A stretch of 64,000 nucleotides of DNA, taken from assembly GCA_964016885.1 (NCBI GenBank), contig OZ024741.1, positions 107,818,001-107,882,000 on the forward strand. Reading direction: 5' to 3'. This document shows, piece by piece, positions 24,163 to 40,289 of the stretch (positions are counted from its first letter, which is position 1; the number at the start of each line of letters is the position of its first letter). A program made the translations under genes and the position numbers. The notes under the pieces were generated by a model. That model saw nothing but the letters and a program-made list of their open reading frames with translations. It made no database searches and was not told the DNA's origin. This DNA comes from Eledone cirrhosa (taxonomy: Eukaryota).

Positions 24163-24929
24163 AATACAACGTATATATCAACAGCAATGTATATATCAAC
24201 ACCAACTTTTTATGCATGAACAACAAATTTATATATATTGAGAACAGTGTAACTAGCAAGGGTATGGTATATATCACCAACAACAGCGTGTATATATAAC
24301 AATAAACAATGCATTTATTAACATCCGTTTACATATCAACGGTGTGTTTATCGATAAAATTATATACTTCAACAACTGTGTATATACCAACAGAAATATT
24401 AGTAGTTCATATAGCAACAACAGTATATAACTAAACCCCAATAGTGTATATATATCAACTCGAAGATGTGTATATTATATATCAACATGAACACTGTATA
24501 TATATCAACCCCAACAACATACATATCAATAACTACATATATAATAAAAATTGTTCAAATAACAACACCGTATGTATAAGAACAATAGTTTATATAATAA
24601 CACAGTATATATAATAACAACAATGCATATAACAATTACACTGTATATCAAGCAATAATATTGAGAAAATGTCAACACCATTATACGTTATAGAAGTCAT
24701 ATTATCCAATAAAGTCGTCATAATATAGCCAGCATGAAAGCTTGTGACCTAGTTCATATATAGGTTTCTAAATACTGAGAATAAACATATATTGTAGAAA
24801 ATTGTGGAATTCGGTCGGAACCATACCTTACGCTGCATAATGTATAACAAGTTGCAGTTTATTGTAACACACGACTAACTAAATCTGTTCTCTCTCTCTC
24901 TTTTTCCCTCCTATCTTTCTTTGTCAGAA

Positions 24930-25802
24930 ATAATTGTTTCTACTTTTGGTACAAGGACAACAATTTGAAGGTTACTGGAAGTCGATTAAATCGACTCCAT
25001 TACTTGAGAGGTACTATATTTTATCGACCACGAAAGAAAGAAAGCAAAGTTTACTTCAGTGGGATTTGAACATAGAACTCCAAGGGTAAGAATATATAAC
25101 GTGATGTATTATGTCCCATGCCTTCTCTATCAGAACTAATAATGGTTTCTTATATAGGCACAAGGCCAGCAATTTTTGGGGGGAGGGGAAAGTCGATCAA
25201 ATCGACCCCAGTGCGTGACTGGTACTTTATTTTATCGACCCCGTAAGGATGAAAGGCAAAGTTAACCTCGGCGGGATTTGAACTCACATCATAAAGGGCC
25301 GTAATTCTATGCAGCAAAGCATGGCGTCCGACCCTCTACTGATACTGCAAATCCACCGCCCGACTCTATCAGAACTAATAATTGTTTCTACTTTAGGCAC
25401 CAGGCCAGCAATTACCCAGTACATTACTGGTACTTTAGTTTATCGACCCCGTAAGGATGAAAGGCAAAGTTAACCTCGGTGGGATTTGAACTCAGACTGT
25501 AAAGGGACGTAACTATGCTAGAAAGCATGGCGTCCAACCCTCTACCGATACTGCCAATTCACCGCCCTATCAGAACTAATAATGACAACTAATTTAGTCA
25601 CCTGTATAACGAATAGTGGGGAAAAGGAATATTGATTATATCGATCCTGGATAGTGTTCTGATACTTTATTTCATCTGGCGCGGAAGAATGAAAAGCAAA
25701 GTTGAGCTCGGTGGGACTTGAACTCAGAATGTGTGTGTACAGACAGAACAAATAGCGCAATATCATTTTACCCGACACTCTTACCGGTTTTGTCAATCCA
25801 CC
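24930..25802 (-). mobile_element. Cluster of four Meta-like SINE copies
   Basis: Repeated core GACCCCGTAAGGATGAAAGGCAAAGTT; outer two copies degenerate. Confidence 0.8.
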
Positions 25803-26357
25803 CCCCCCCCCCCCCGTCTCCATAAGAAATAATAGTAAGTGAAATTCCACATAAAAATATAAAATAAAACTAGAGGAAATGTCTCACCCATTTATTTTTA
25901 TACACTCTTCTTCAACTAAGAAGTAAACAAGCATTTCGTGTCAGCCATGTTTACACCAGTGCAGTCGATAACACGAACAAGTGAAAAATGTTATTCGCAG
26001 ACAAAGTCAATATACCACGCTTGAATAATTGTTATGAGATATAGGTATGTCGTTAAGCGAAGCAATATATTTATTTATTGGTGAATAAATAATTAAAGAT
26101 ATGAACACAGAAGTTGAACTAACGATATAAAAAATGTATTGGGGTTCAAAATTATCATATAGCACCACCAGCAAGTTAGGTTGGCTCTTTTAAATATTAT
26201 ATAGCAACAGAAACAGTATGCTGGGTTTTATAATTGTTATATAGCGTTTCTAGCGATATATGTAACCAACCTACATTAAACATTTCAGTTTTGACTGGAT
26301 CTGTTCGCATTTAATACGGTATTAAACAAATAAATACCCTCGTTTTGTGTGAAACTA

Positions 26358-26438
<81 letters not shown>

Positions 26439-26857
26439 GGGTTACTCTTCAGTGCTACTGGTAACATGTAACCCAGTACAACATGTCGCATGGTCGGCTC
26501 GTCGGTGACTAAACCAGCAACCCCACTAAGTTTACTTCGCGAGGATGGTGATTTTGGACACCCTGCAGGACAAAAAACAAAACCTGACAATGGGCAGAAG
26601 AACTCATAAGAGTCAACGACCATAAAAAAATGTGTAAATATGTATAGACACATGTAGTTACCGATGATATTGATCTTTTCTTTTTTTCGAGTTATAGCTA
26701 CTGTCGCTCAGAAAGTGCGATTGGCTCAGTGCACAGTCTTTCCTCACTTTAAAAAAAACATCTTCAATCACAGGCATTGCACGATGGAATTAATTAATAA
26801 TTATTAATAATTGTGTATCGTGCAATGGCCATACTCGATAACGAGGGGGCAGCCATC

Positions 26858-26891
<34 letters not shown>

Positions 26892-27187
26892 AGGGGGGGG
26901 GGGGGGGCGTGTTTGTATGCAAATATGTATATATGTATGTACGTAAAAGGTAAACAGAAATAACAAATGAAATGACACACTACATTGAAGAAATATAGTT
27001 TAACGGTTGAAATAGCAACAAAAGACTCTAGTCTTTCATCAGATACTAGAGTTAGACATAGAAGGTAAATAGAAAGATAGTGAGTGGGAAGAGAAAGGAA
27101 TACGGAAAAATTGAGAAAAAAATGGAAAAATACACGTGCATACACAGTCTCAGCAATTTTAGAGATTCATGTTTGTGTGTGGGCGTA

Positions 27188-27272
<85 letters not shown>

Positions 27273-27388
27273 GCGGCGAAGATGCTTCGTCCTCGAAGAA
27301 CGCACCCTAATTTTGACAACCAAAAATTTGAAAAAACATAATAAACAAAGTTCGGCCTCCAGGTAGCATAGTAGAATGTTGAAATATG

Positions 27389-27470
<82 letters not shown>

Positions 27471-27544
27471 AGGTGTATTATTGGTTGTGTCATACGGTCC
27501 AATAAACTTTTGAATGCTATGCAGGTATTTTCACTCTAGATAGG

Positions 27545-30500
27545 AGATCGAAGCTCAAATTATGGTCAGGAACTAGTCAGGTAATTAACTGGTTTGAGAA
27601 ATCGCAGAATAAGAATAACACTAAGTTTATACAGTTCGATATCTCTAACTACTACTCTTCGATCTCTCCAATTCTTCTAGGTAAGGCCCTAAACTTTGCT
27701 AGCTTACACACCCACCTTACATCTGAAGAAATTAACATTATTCTCCTAGCTAGGAAAACCTTAATTGAGTTCAACGGTGACTTGTGGACTAGGAGAGATT
27801 GGTCGGACAATGTCGACATCACCATGGGATCCACACGGACTCGGCCCAAGTGACGTATCTGGTGGGTCTCTACTTCCTCGACTGTCGCGGAGTGGAAATG
27901 CCCCACTTGGGAGGTGGCATTTACCGTTTTGTTTACTGTGTCGTTCCATAATAATAGTATGGTAGAGAGGGTGAGGAAAAAACTAAGCAAATTCTTCAAC
28001 AACATAGACTTAAGTATAGTATTTGAAGAAAACCTAAAGATAGTTAATTTTCTAGATGTTACACTTAACCTCAATTCAGGACTCTTCCAACCCTACCACA
28101 AATCCAACGTGAATTTAAATTATGTCAACGCAAAATCGAACCACCCTAGAATAGTCACTAACGGTATTAACAAAAGCGTCTCTAGTAGAATTTCAGGACT
28201 ATCTTCCAATGAAGATACTTTTGATAGGATCTCGAATTACTATAATAACGCCCTGGAACGCGCGGGGCATAGCGGGGGAATCTCATTCAAACGTCCATTA
28301 AATAGTAGTAGCAACATTGCCTGCAATAGCTTAGGCCCAAATAGTGACACTTTAGTTAACAGCAGGCGGAAGGCGAGGGAGGATCAATATAGACTTCATG
28401 TCGATGGTACCAATGGAAACAACCACCGAAGTACAAACACAGGGTCCGAGCACCGTACTGCCAGCGGAAATTCTAATTGTAACCTTAATTGTAGAACTGA
28501 TAAAACAACCGTGGAACGTAAAATAGAACGGGGGTCGGGTAGAGGGAATAGGGATAAATGTAGGAGGCGCATAGTGGATATAAGCCCGGCTATCGAGGGT
28601 AATCCCAATAACTGCATGGGGTACACCGCCCAGTAGACTTGGGACGATTCCGAACACCATATGGACACCCCAGGACACCATCGACTCACGGGCAGTTATC
28701 AGTTCTAATAGACCAATAGCAACCAAGGAGACAGTAAACACTAGTATAGATAATAAGAACAAGAGGCATCGGACCAGAACAATCCTGTGGTACAACCCTC
28801 CATACTCCACCGGCCTGACCACGAGTATAGCTAAGCTTTTCTTTAGGATCTTCGACAAATGCTTCCCTACATCACATAGATACTATAAAATATTCAACAG
28901 GAATACCATCAAGCTGTCCTACTCCACAAGCAGTAACATAGCTCAGAATATAGCTAAGCTGAATTATAGTAGATTTAGGACCGCCCAAGGGGGGACTAGA
29001 CATGGCAGAACTAATGGCAGCTCTATGGATGAACGGACTCATACACGTGAGGCGAGTCGGGTCACCCCAACCCCTGGGAACTTACCCATCGAGCAGACAA
29101 GAACTGAGACCCGACACCAGAAGTACCGTGGTTCCTCTGAAACTACCCAGGTCGATAACAAAAAATGTAATTGCAGGAACACCGCCACTTGCCCCATTGC
29201 TGGGAAATACCTCACCAAAAACATAGTCTACGACTGTAAGGTCTCCACTTTAGATAGAACCTTCAGGTATGTTGGGGCAATTGTCACTGAATTTAAGGAT
29301 AGATGGTATAATCACCGCCATACCTTTAATAGATTAGATATAAAAAAGAATTAGTCTGGAAGCTTAAACAACAGAATATAGAGCACTCCTTATCCTGGTC
29401 CATAATTTTCTCAGCACACAGCCTTATAACGGCAGCACGGTGTCTGTAATTTATGTATAGCTGAAACCTTTAATATTATTAGAGGCGGCCCCCTATTAAT
29501 AAATAGGAGAGCGGATCTTTTCAGCAACTGCCACCATAGAACCTCGAAAACTTTCCGCAGGATTTTTGGAAAGTAACCTACCACTAACTCTTCCCTTTTT
29601 ACCTTGGCCATAGAATTCTCTCAATTAGCAAAAAACAGACAATCACACACTCAGTAGTAGACAGCTAAGATCGTTTGCGCACTTACAAATGGTACTCGGT
29701 TTGTTTCCACAGAGTTTTCACAGCTGAGTGCACATTTACCACTACTTTAGAATACATAGTTAGTAAATAGTTAGAATGATTACACACTCAGTTAAGACCG
29801 ATTACGCGCATTCACCATTACTTTAGAATACCCTAACCATTGAGTTCTCTCGGTTAGTAAATAGTTAGACGTATTACACACTCAGTTAAGACCGATTACG
29901 CTCTTTATACATGACTCTACACACAGTAGCCGGTTTCTTTAGACACGGAGTTCCCACAGTTATGACTGGCCACGATCCTATCAATTGAACACTACACTAG
30001 GTTTTGATCCGTGATAATCTAACCATAGAGTGCTCACGGTTACTGTTTGGACAATATTACTTACATGGGCAGCACACATCCTCGAGGTTTTGCTATTCAT
30101 TTTTACTTTATTTTATTTCTGTGTTGAGTAACACACCTCCATCACTCAAACACCTATCTTAAAAGCCCAAGGGCCCATATGACGGGCAAACGCACATACT
30201 GACACCTTAACTGAAATACCCAACCGTACACAGAGCCCCTTGGTGGCCTACATGGCGGTTGCTTGCACGCACAGATTTGGGGACTCAGATTCTCAATGGG
30301 ACAACGGCACATACAGAGTTCGATATGAGCTGACTACTTGCTCTTCACATGGATGTGTATATACCAAAACATACACTATTTACAATTCAATCGATACACG
30401 TATAGCAGAACATTGAACTGAATTACTTGCGTGTGTATAGAGTTGCGGTTGATCCAATTTCTCCAATTTACATCGTCAAATTGAGATTTGACCAATATAA

Positions 30501-30940
30501 CATTTGTTGTTTTGTAATCTAACTTTCGGTAAATACTATGTTGGTATATATATATTTTTTCTTTGACCTCGCGTCGGTGTGTGTGAGTGTGTGTGTACTC
30601 ACTCACACTAACTGTGACCGACTGTAATTCTAAAGATTTGATGTTGAGATTAGACCCGTCTTTTACAGCTATTGAGAGATAGAGACTTGATAGTTTTATG
30701 ACCCTATCTGAGGACGATAGTAGTCGGAGTGATTTGGCTGCTTAATCTTCATATGGGGGACAAAACTCTAGTGAGGGAACATCGTTAAATTTTGTCCCTC
30801 ATATCAAGGATTTGAAGACAATTCATTTTCACCTGACGAGATTAGTGATAATCGATCATGGCCGCACGATCGATATATCTCTTATTGAAACATGTGTCAT
30901 GATTAAAATGATTTGGAATTTATACCATGCCTTTGGATCT

Positions 30941-30948
<8 letters not shown>
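27545..30948 (+). pseudogene. Frameshifted PLE (family J): RT, GIY-YIG, 3' UTR
   Basis: KFIQFDI, DITMGS, NFLDVTLNL, SNHP, ILWYNPPYS, CNC..CPI, YVGA..FKDRWYNH, CNLC; stops and frameshifts. Confidence 0.88.
30823..30911 (+). ncRNA. Type I hammerhead ribozyme
   Basis: ucauuuucac CUGACGA ...aucgauc/gaucgau... GAAAC AUGU GUC augauuaaaauga; stem I bulged. Confidence 0.7.
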
Positions 30949-31034
<86 letters not shown>

Positions 31035-31560
31035 TATTAAATTAACAACGAAAATAAAAACAACAAAGTCAAGTTACTTTATTTATTCATATCATTGTTT
31101 AAGATCATATTGACATATTGTCTGATCTATAGCAGTTATATAACTGTATACTATCAGACCTCAAATATAGGTTCGATCAGACTGTCCTCTTCACAAGCAA
31201 TTGACTCAGCGAAACACAGAACTTTCACTGGATTTCACTGGATTACTCACCATAGGTTTACATATAAGGTACTGACCCTACCACCAGAGGTAGACCACAC
31301 TGAACAAAAAAAATATATATATATACATATATATACAAGCATGGATAATATATTGAGAGACTAAACTGGTGTATTCCAAAATATTGTACCAATGTAAGGT
31401 TACAGAAATATGGGATGATAAATCCAAGGATTCAGACGGAATTTACGTACAGCTTATTTATTAGTCTTATACGTGTTTCTACAAATTTGAATCTTTATTC
31501 CGTAAAAACATACGAAAAGCAAATACAAATGTTATAAATTCCGTCAAAATCCTTGATTTA

Positions 31561-31635
<75 letters not shown>

Positions 31636-31712
31636 TGTGTGTGTGTGTGTGTGTCTGTCTGTGTGTGTGTGTGTGTGTGTGCCTGTATGTGTGTGTGTGT
31701 TTGAGTGTGTGC

Positions 31713-31758
<46 letters not shown>

Positions 31759-34216
31759 GTGTGTGTGTATATGAATATCTGAATAGTGAGTGAAATGTGA
31801 AGGAGAATGATTTCAATGTTCTATTTGTATGAAAACTTATTTTGGTACGGTCGCAGCGGATTGAAAGATCATACAATAGTGTTTGGTTAAGGGTAGGGGA
31901 TTCTGTGGTAGACAAACTACGTACACAGAATATTTGATGAGGAACACAGCAGTTGTAATAGATTTCGAGTGTCGAAGCATGACAGCTATGTCGAATCCTC
32001 ATAGGAATTCTCTCCAATAATTAACAATATTCTTAATGTTTTCCTTTAACCATCTCGTTACCATGTTTCTAATGAAAAACATTCCTTAATATTTTCAAAT
32101 CATTTGGCAAAAAAATAAAAATAAAATTTGGAGAGAGTTATTAATATAAGAAACCTTCCATTATCAAGCTGCTATTTGGAATATAATGTAACAGAGATTC
32201 TTACATAATAGTTTGTATCGAAGAACCAGATGGAAGTTTCAGGCAGTTTGGTATCAGAAGAGTTAATCAGTGGTCTCTAAAGAAATTGAATACAAATGAG
32301 ATTGTATCTATTAATTTTCAGAAATGCTTCCAGAAATGATTTTACCGTTATCTGTTTTATTCTTAATTATGTCTTCATATGTGTGAGAGAATACAGAGCC
32401 AGATATCTTAAAATAAAGATTTCTATTATTAATGTTTAATAGAGGAATTTTCATCTCCACCTATATAATTTATTTGGAGAAAATTTGAAATGTCTAAAAG
32501 CTGCGAATAGCATGGAAACGGAGACAATTAATTCTTAAAAGTGCAGGAACCCTTAATAACTTGAAGTGAAACTCAACTGCTGTTTGTTTTACTGGCCGCA
32601 TGAGACTCCCACAATATAACAAAATAAATCATTAGGGAAAGCAAGAACATATTTTACAGCAAAAGGTTTTCAAAACAATACAAGACAAATTATACAATAT
32701 AAAAGTTACACCAAATATGTCATTTGAATTATTATTTAAAAAAAACAGTTTTCTGTCAAGACGTTAATATGTCATATTTTTGGGAAATTCTCATCCGCAC
32801 AGATATGTATATTTAATGAACAGTAATTCGATTTTTCAAAATATTCCCTCTGGTATCCTCAGATAATTATCTGCGCAGTTGAGGATATTATATATACATA
32901 GGGGAAGATATGTATTATTTAATATATCTATGTCACAAAACATTCTTGGGATAGGAAACAGCAACAAAACATTTTCAGACATCTTAACACACAGCCACAC
33001 GTATGTATATACATACTAAAACATAAAACTTTAGAAGTTTATTTTTGAGTAAAATATAGGATTAAAGGAATGTACTGTAAATATATGGACAAGGTATACT
33101 ATTCACATGAGCCTGTTTCAAATCTTACTAAATGCTACTAGTTGGCTCGAACATTATGATCTCAGCCCTAAAGAATACTCATTTCCCCCCGCAATCAAAG
33201 GTGGTATTTGAACTCATAAGGCCCATAACATTTCAAACATAAATCACCCTTGATCAGCATTTCATTTATTGACGTTAAAAAGGATCAATGTCAAAGTTGA
33301 CTTTGGCTGCATTTCAAGACAGAGCGTAGAAAGACGAAGCAAACACAATAAGATGTTTATTCCAACATTCTGAAGAATCTGCCAACCGAATCTGAATGTG
33401 ATGATACCACATTTAATTTTCTTTCATAATCCGGAGTTTAAATAGTCGTTATATCACACAAAAGAATTTGCGGTTCAAAGCTTGAGTTGTTTTATTTACA
33501 GCAACATTATCAATAGGAAATGCATGAATGCTACAACACAATGTGCTATTTCATCTATAAGCCGTATACCTCATGACTATTTCGGAAATCAATATTCTAT
33601 TTACGTGTAAAATTAAGTGTACAAAGCACATATATTTACATCATATCAAGAGATTTATAATCTATAGCACTTATAAAATTATACATAATATAGTTCTATA
33701 TATAGGGTATTGTATTTATAAATATAGGCAGACGTACATTCATGAGATTGTTTTTCTGTAAACGTGTAATGTTATATCTGTAGTCGCATACACAGAGACA
33801 TACACATACACTCTGTTTTTGGTATGTTGATTATTTCTCATAACACTAAAATATGTATATGCACAAACAGATACAGAAGCAGAAACACACATTTACACAT
33901 AGACAAAAACTCGCACACATGCACATACTTACACACATGGACACACTTACAAACAAGCACGCACACATCGACACAGACATACACACACAGACACAGGCAC
34001 AGACACACAGACACATACATATAATAGATAATGAAGCATGTGACAGAAAGCCGAAAGCTAAGAAGCGATGATGAGGAATTCAAACATTTAGTAAACTAAA
34101 ATAGTTGCTGCAAATCTGAAGTGGATAGAGCTGCACCTGGTTAACTCTTGTGGCTTCGTAGGTAATAAACAGACAATTGCCTTGTGAGAGAAGGTTGATA
34201 CACACACAGACACGCA

Positions 34217-34267
<51 letters not shown>

Positions 34268-34277
34268 GTATATATAT

Positions 34278-34555
34278 ATCTAAAGTCTAAAGTCTGTCTT
34301 AAGCCAGAAGTCTCATTTGGCCGGTGCTTATCCCGGTTTCATGGCGTGAAGCGACTGAGAGTACAAGACTCCCCCCTGGACAGGACGCCGGTCCATCGCA
34401 GGGTTAAACCTCCAGCTATTGCTGGTACTCATTTTCAGCTGAGTATACTGGAGCAACGTGAAATGATGTGTTTTGCTTAAGAACATAACACGCAACCCAG
34501 GAATCGAGCCCACGATCGTAAGTCCAACACCCTTACCACTAGGCCATATGCCTCC
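34278..34555 (-). mobile_element. tRNA-derived SINE with V-domain-like core
   Basis: Minus: TGGCCTAGTGG A box, GGCTCGATTCC B-like box, CCTGCGATGGACCGGCGTCCTGTCCAGGGGG, (CTTTAGA)n tail. Confidence 0.75.
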
Positions 34556-34886
34556 ACACACACACACATATATATATATACATATATATATTGCATGTGT
34601 GCATTTATTTTGTTTGTTTATATCACGTAACTTAGCTGTTCGCCAATTTCAGATCTTTAGAACTAGTAACAAACTCGAAAAAATATTTACTGTTGTCGAT
34701 ATGATCATCTAAAAAGCCTGCAAATTCCCCCCCCCCCCACCATTGCCGAAATCGGATGAACATATCAAATAATGAAATAAAAAAAAACCCATATATGGAG
34801 AAACTGACATGAAATGATGAGGCTTTGTCGGGGAAAATCATTATGTAGCCAATGACTGCTAAGTTAGTCAGCAGAATATTATAATC

Positions 34887-34946
<60 letters not shown>

Positions 34947-35027
34947 GTGGCCCCCAAAAATGTATACGCATGATTATATTTATGTTGAAATGTGCATATT
35001 TTTGGTGGGGGGCACACCGTTTATATA

Positions 35028-35133
<106 letters not shown>

Positions 35134-35143
35134 TGTGTGTGTG

Positions 35144-35290
35144 TAAGTATTTAGATGAGAGTATTTGATTGGCTTCTTCAAGCAAATGACGTAATGAAAT
35201 ATTATCCTTTTTGATATGATATCCGGTTCGTATGATATCAAACCAATAACATTTCGTCGATGAGATTTTTTGAAGGGTGGTGTATATATC

Positions 35291-35370
<80 letters not shown>

Positions 35371-35503
35371 TATATACACACGACCCTTCAAAAAATTTCA
35401 TCAACGAAATGTTATTGGTTTGATATCATACGAACCGGATATCAAAAAGGATAATATTTCATTTGCTTGAAGAAGCCAATCAAGTACTCTCATCTAAATA
35501 CTT

Positions 35504-35505
<2 letters not shown>
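35144..35505. repeat. TA-centred inverted duplication (~135 bp arms)
   Basis: 35144-35285 versus 35373-35505 reverse complement. Confidence 0.9.
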
Positions 35506-35584
<79 letters not shown>

Positions 35585-36155
35585 ATTTAGGAGAGAATTT
35601 GGTTGAAGTTGCTGTTTACTTAGAGGAAGTGTCATAATTCTATTGAGATTTAGTAGATGAGTGGTCAAAGCTGAATACGTCTAAATCAGGTGTCTCAAAC
35701 CCCGAGATCCCCTAATCTTCTAATAAAATTATAAAATGATATTAATATGTTTTAGTTAGACACAGACATGGATGTGTAGTTAAGAAATTCCCTTCGTAGC
35801 CACGTAATTTCTGATCCAGTTCCACTGCGTGGACTTCGGACAAGTGTCTTCTTCCATAGGATCACCTTGACGAATGACTTCTGAGTGAAAACGGCAAAGT
35901 TGACCTCGGCAGGATTCGAACTCAGAACGTAGAAATTAAGGAGAAATGTCTAACGTCATTTTATCCGAGGGTCTAACGGTTCTATTAACCCCCTGCTGAA
36001 ACTCAGTAATTTGTGATATTAAGGTAAATTCCATCTGGACGGACCTGAGACAAAAACAACAAAAACAACACCAACAACAGAAGCAGCGCTGAAGACCACA
36101 ACAGAAAATATTAATAGTTATACTATTTTAACTACGCTAATACCACAAATAACTT

Positions 36156-36196
<41 letters not shown>

Positions 36197-36505
36197 TTAT
36201 TACTACTACTACTATTACTACTATTACTACTACTACTACTGCTACTGCTGCTGCTGCTATTACTGAGGATATTGGGATATTGTCAACTAAGCATCCATGT
36301 GACTCACGTTTACTTTAACATAATACACACATGTATACACACACAATCATATATGTATGTACGTATATATGTATATATGTACGTATACATTCGTGGTTGT
36401 ATGTATTACTCACTTGATCATGTATTCCAACCCTGTATGTGACTCACTTTTACGATAAACTCATTCAACATACCCATGTTATATACTCCTCTATCTCTCT
36501 CTCTC

Positions 36506-36556
<51 letters not shown>

Positions 36557-36624
36557 ATTTATATATATATATATATATAGGAAAAGAGTCACGACCCCGA
36601 TGGCTGAGCTCTGGCCGTTTCGAC

Positions 36625-37225
36625 AGCACAAGGCTAGCAATTACCCCAGTGGATTACTGGTGCTTTATTTTATCGACCCCGTAAGGATGAAAGGCAAAGT
36701 TAATCTCTGTTGTATTTGAACTTAGAACGTAAATGGCCATAACTCTATGCTACAAAGCATATATCCTGCCAGTACTGCTCTTACACAAACATAGACACAC
36801 ACTTTATACATATATAATTGTTTCTATTTTAGGCACAAGGCCATCAAATACCCAGTACATTACTGGTACTTTATTTTATCGACCCCGTAAGGATGAAAGG
36901 CAAAGTTAACCTCGGCGGGATTTGAACTCAGATCGTAAATGGACGTAACTATGCTGGAAAGCATGTCCGACCCTCTACCGATACTGCCAATTCACCGCCC
37001 TTTATACATATATAATATGTGTGTGTATGCATGTATGCGTATTATTAAAACGGAGAGACGGTTCTGTTTCCATTCTTCAATTAATTATATAACATGTGCA
37101 ATGCACATTTCACACCTATTACACAAAGTTAACCTTGGCGGGATTTGAACTTAGACCATAAAGCGCCGTAACTCTATGCATCAAATCATGGCGTCCGACC
37201 CTCTACCAATACTGCCAATCCACCG
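36625..37225 (-). mobile_element. Three Meta-like SINE copies/fragments
   Basis: Same core as 1607-1787. Confidence 0.8.
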
Positions 37226-38069
37226 TCACATAATATGACATCATCAGTCAGGTGTAAATTATGTCTATGATGTGAATTGTTAGACGTAAGATGTTACTGT
37301 TCAAAATCTAGCCACACTATGATGCGGAGCAGAAAAGTCATTTCATTGTCCTTTGTCAGCTAGAGAGCGGTTTCAAATTGTCGCAGTGCCTTGATAGTAA
37401 TAGGGGGTCCTGAGATTAATTTGATTGATCGGAATTTTAGCTGTCATGTTCTTATAGTCATTTTGCTATAATACTCATGTAATATCAGTTTTTACTTATA
37501 CGGTTACCGTAGAGGTGGTGTGCAGTTGCATGATTACATCATGATTGCACCAAGATTTTGCATAGTTTGTTGATTGTGAAGATCAACATACACCCACCCA
37601 TACACACACATATCGCACACACACACACACATACACATACACTATATATACATGAATAAAAAATATATATATATACATGAAAATGGCAAGCGCGGCCCAT
37701 ATTAGATTAATACACATATATCAGCGCTCCCACAATATACTAAACCACTTAAAACAAGAAGACAGAATAAATAAAATACACCACTAACTGACTAACAAAG
37801 ACTATATCCGAAGCACGTTGGAATGAAAGTTCCACAAATGGGATTCTTTCTGCTTTGTATTTCTATATATATTCTTCCAACTACAAAGGATTTAACTGTT
37901 TTGATCTAGCAGGCCATATATCACCTTCAATCCTCCCCAACTAATGTATATTCCTATTATAATACCATGTGTCATTTTATTTACTTACTCCAAGCAAAAC
38001 AACAAAGCAATTAAAATGCAACTGTTTACTGAAAAGGAAATAAGACAAAGAAAACAGATAGAACATAAT

Positions 38070-38215
38070 TCAAGGAGAGAGATGATCAATGATGTCGGTT
38101 TTGAATTTTCGCCAATTGTAGTTGTCAGGAAAGTATGTAGCCAGAAGAGAATTCCATAGGTGAGATATGTGAGAGAAAAGACCTATTCAGCAGCCGATAT
38201 ATTTTTCTCAATCAT
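38070..38215 (-). mobile_element. Old CR1/L2/Jockey-type LINE 3' end fragment
   Basis: Minus LWNSLLATYFPDNYNWRKFK resembles the WNSLP..FP..YN...FK terminus. Confidence 0.5.
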
Positions 38216-39117
38216 ATATTCCCAAATAAATTCAAACTCAACACACTAAGAAACTTTATACTCTTTCTAGGGAAGCCCTCAAGACTTATTTTCGAAAGCT
38301 CATGTCATCCATAATGGGTATTGCATCCCATCTTTTTCATTAAATACTATTTGCAATCTTTCCTTGTCAGCCTCGTCTTTCTATCGCATGTTCTGTTGCT
38401 TGATTTATATGAATAGTGTGTTTCATGAAGACTAGAGTATTGCCATATATGACTTGGAAACATTTTAATATTTGTATATTCCATATATTCTAGATGAGAT
38501 AAACTTAAAATGGCATCCTTGAGTGCATTTAAAGAGCTCCAGTGTAATGTAAGAAATCAGACGACACGTTTACCGATTAATTTGTTTCCTCTTGATACTG
38601 ACTACAAAACGTTTTCCCCTGCATCTCTCATTCTAATTTCATTAGTGTGAAAGACTTTCCCTCTTTCTGTTAACTTATAAAACAAAATCCAAGGCTTGGC
38701 CGTTGGGTACTAATTCAAAGTCAAATATTCCAGCAATATCGATATGGATCGATAAAACACCCAGATATACTACATCGTTTGTCCTTAAATGACATGCAAG
38801 CAGTGCATTTAGCTTCCTAGATGGAACGCTGGTTTTCGTACTTCACATGTGCATGCTTGCTTACATATGTAATGGCGGCGATAGATTTCACCTTAATACA
38901 GTGGAAATTAAATGCTAATGCAAGCTAAGAAGATCGTTCTTATATCATAAACCATTTTCCCTATGTTTTTCTTTAATTAGTAACATGAGAAGACAAGGAC
39001 CACCTGTGAAAGGTGAGTATTTTATAAACACATACGCCTGCATTAGTATTTCAGTTCCATTACGGCACCCTAACGTTTCATCAAACTCTTGTATGATATG
39101 AACGCTACACATCACAT

Positions 39118-39563
39118 TAGCAGTATCGGTAGAGCATCAGTCACCATGCTTTGCAGCATATAGTTACGGCCCTTTAAGGTCTGAGTTCAAATCCCGCCGA
39201 GGTTAACTTTGCCTTTCATCCTTAGAGGGTCGATAAAATAAAGCACCTGTAACGTATTGGGGGCGATTTAATCGACTTTCCCCTTCACCCCCAAATTACT
39301 GGCCTTGAGCCTATACTAAAAATCATTATTATCATTATTATTATCATTATTGGTGGATTGGCAGTATCGGTAGAGGGTCAGACGCCATACTTTGCAGCAT
39401 AGAGTTACACCCCTTTATGATCTGAGTTCAAATCCCGCCGGGGTTAACTTTGCCTTTCATCCTTACGGGGTCGATGAAATAAAGTAGCAGTCACGCACTG
39501 CGGTCGATTTAATCGACTTCTCCCTCCCCCAAATTACTGGCCTTGTGCCTATACTAGAAATCA
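39118..39563 (+). mobile_element. Two Meta-like SINE copies in tandem
   Basis: A/B boxes, core, (ATT)n tails. Confidence 0.85.
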
Positions 39564-40289
39564 TTATTATTATTATTGTTATTATTTATCACAGCAATCG
39601 GAAACAGACATATAAATGTACACAGATTACATATATGAAAAGTATTGTTCAGTAACATCTTGGTCACTAATGTCGCAGAAATGTCAACCTCCAAAGTAAT
39701 TTTAACAGGTAAAAGTAAAATCGAAAGTAATTTTCACTTGTCTTTACCAGACATATGCGTATAAATAAATTTAAAATAAAAAGTAATTATGAATTATCTA
39801 TGAACACAACAATTCCATTTCATTCATGAAATAGCCATAGACCATCTTCAAAGGCAATTATCAGGGAATTATTAGAAATTTCCTTCCTGTTGGCTTTGCA
39901 GATCTTGATTTTTCAATATTATATAGACGTCTATGCTTTTAATACGCTTGATTAAATAATATAAATGGCTAGATTTACATGGACGTTTATGATAGAAATT
40001 CGTTTGAACACACATCTCTCGTTTTAGATATTACATTAACTCCATTTCTGATATAATCATTTCTTTCAAGTTATTTTACATGTATTCTATCGGATGCAAA
40101 GATACAATTCTTTGACACCTTTCAATGGCAAAGAATGGATATGAAATACAAAGGAAGCAGCGAAACGCACACTCAATTCATTTATTTAATAGTTTTCAAG
40201 CGATGGCATGAGATTCATTCTTTCTTTCTACAGCACCAACTGTCACGTTATGTCTAGTTATCCATTGTGTGAAGAGAGATGAAACTGAC

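Noticed and set aside
23690-25802. tRNA genes or a CRISPR-like array suggested by repeated units
   Set aside because: No cloverleaf; units are 170-220 bp SINEs without regular spacers; no cas genes
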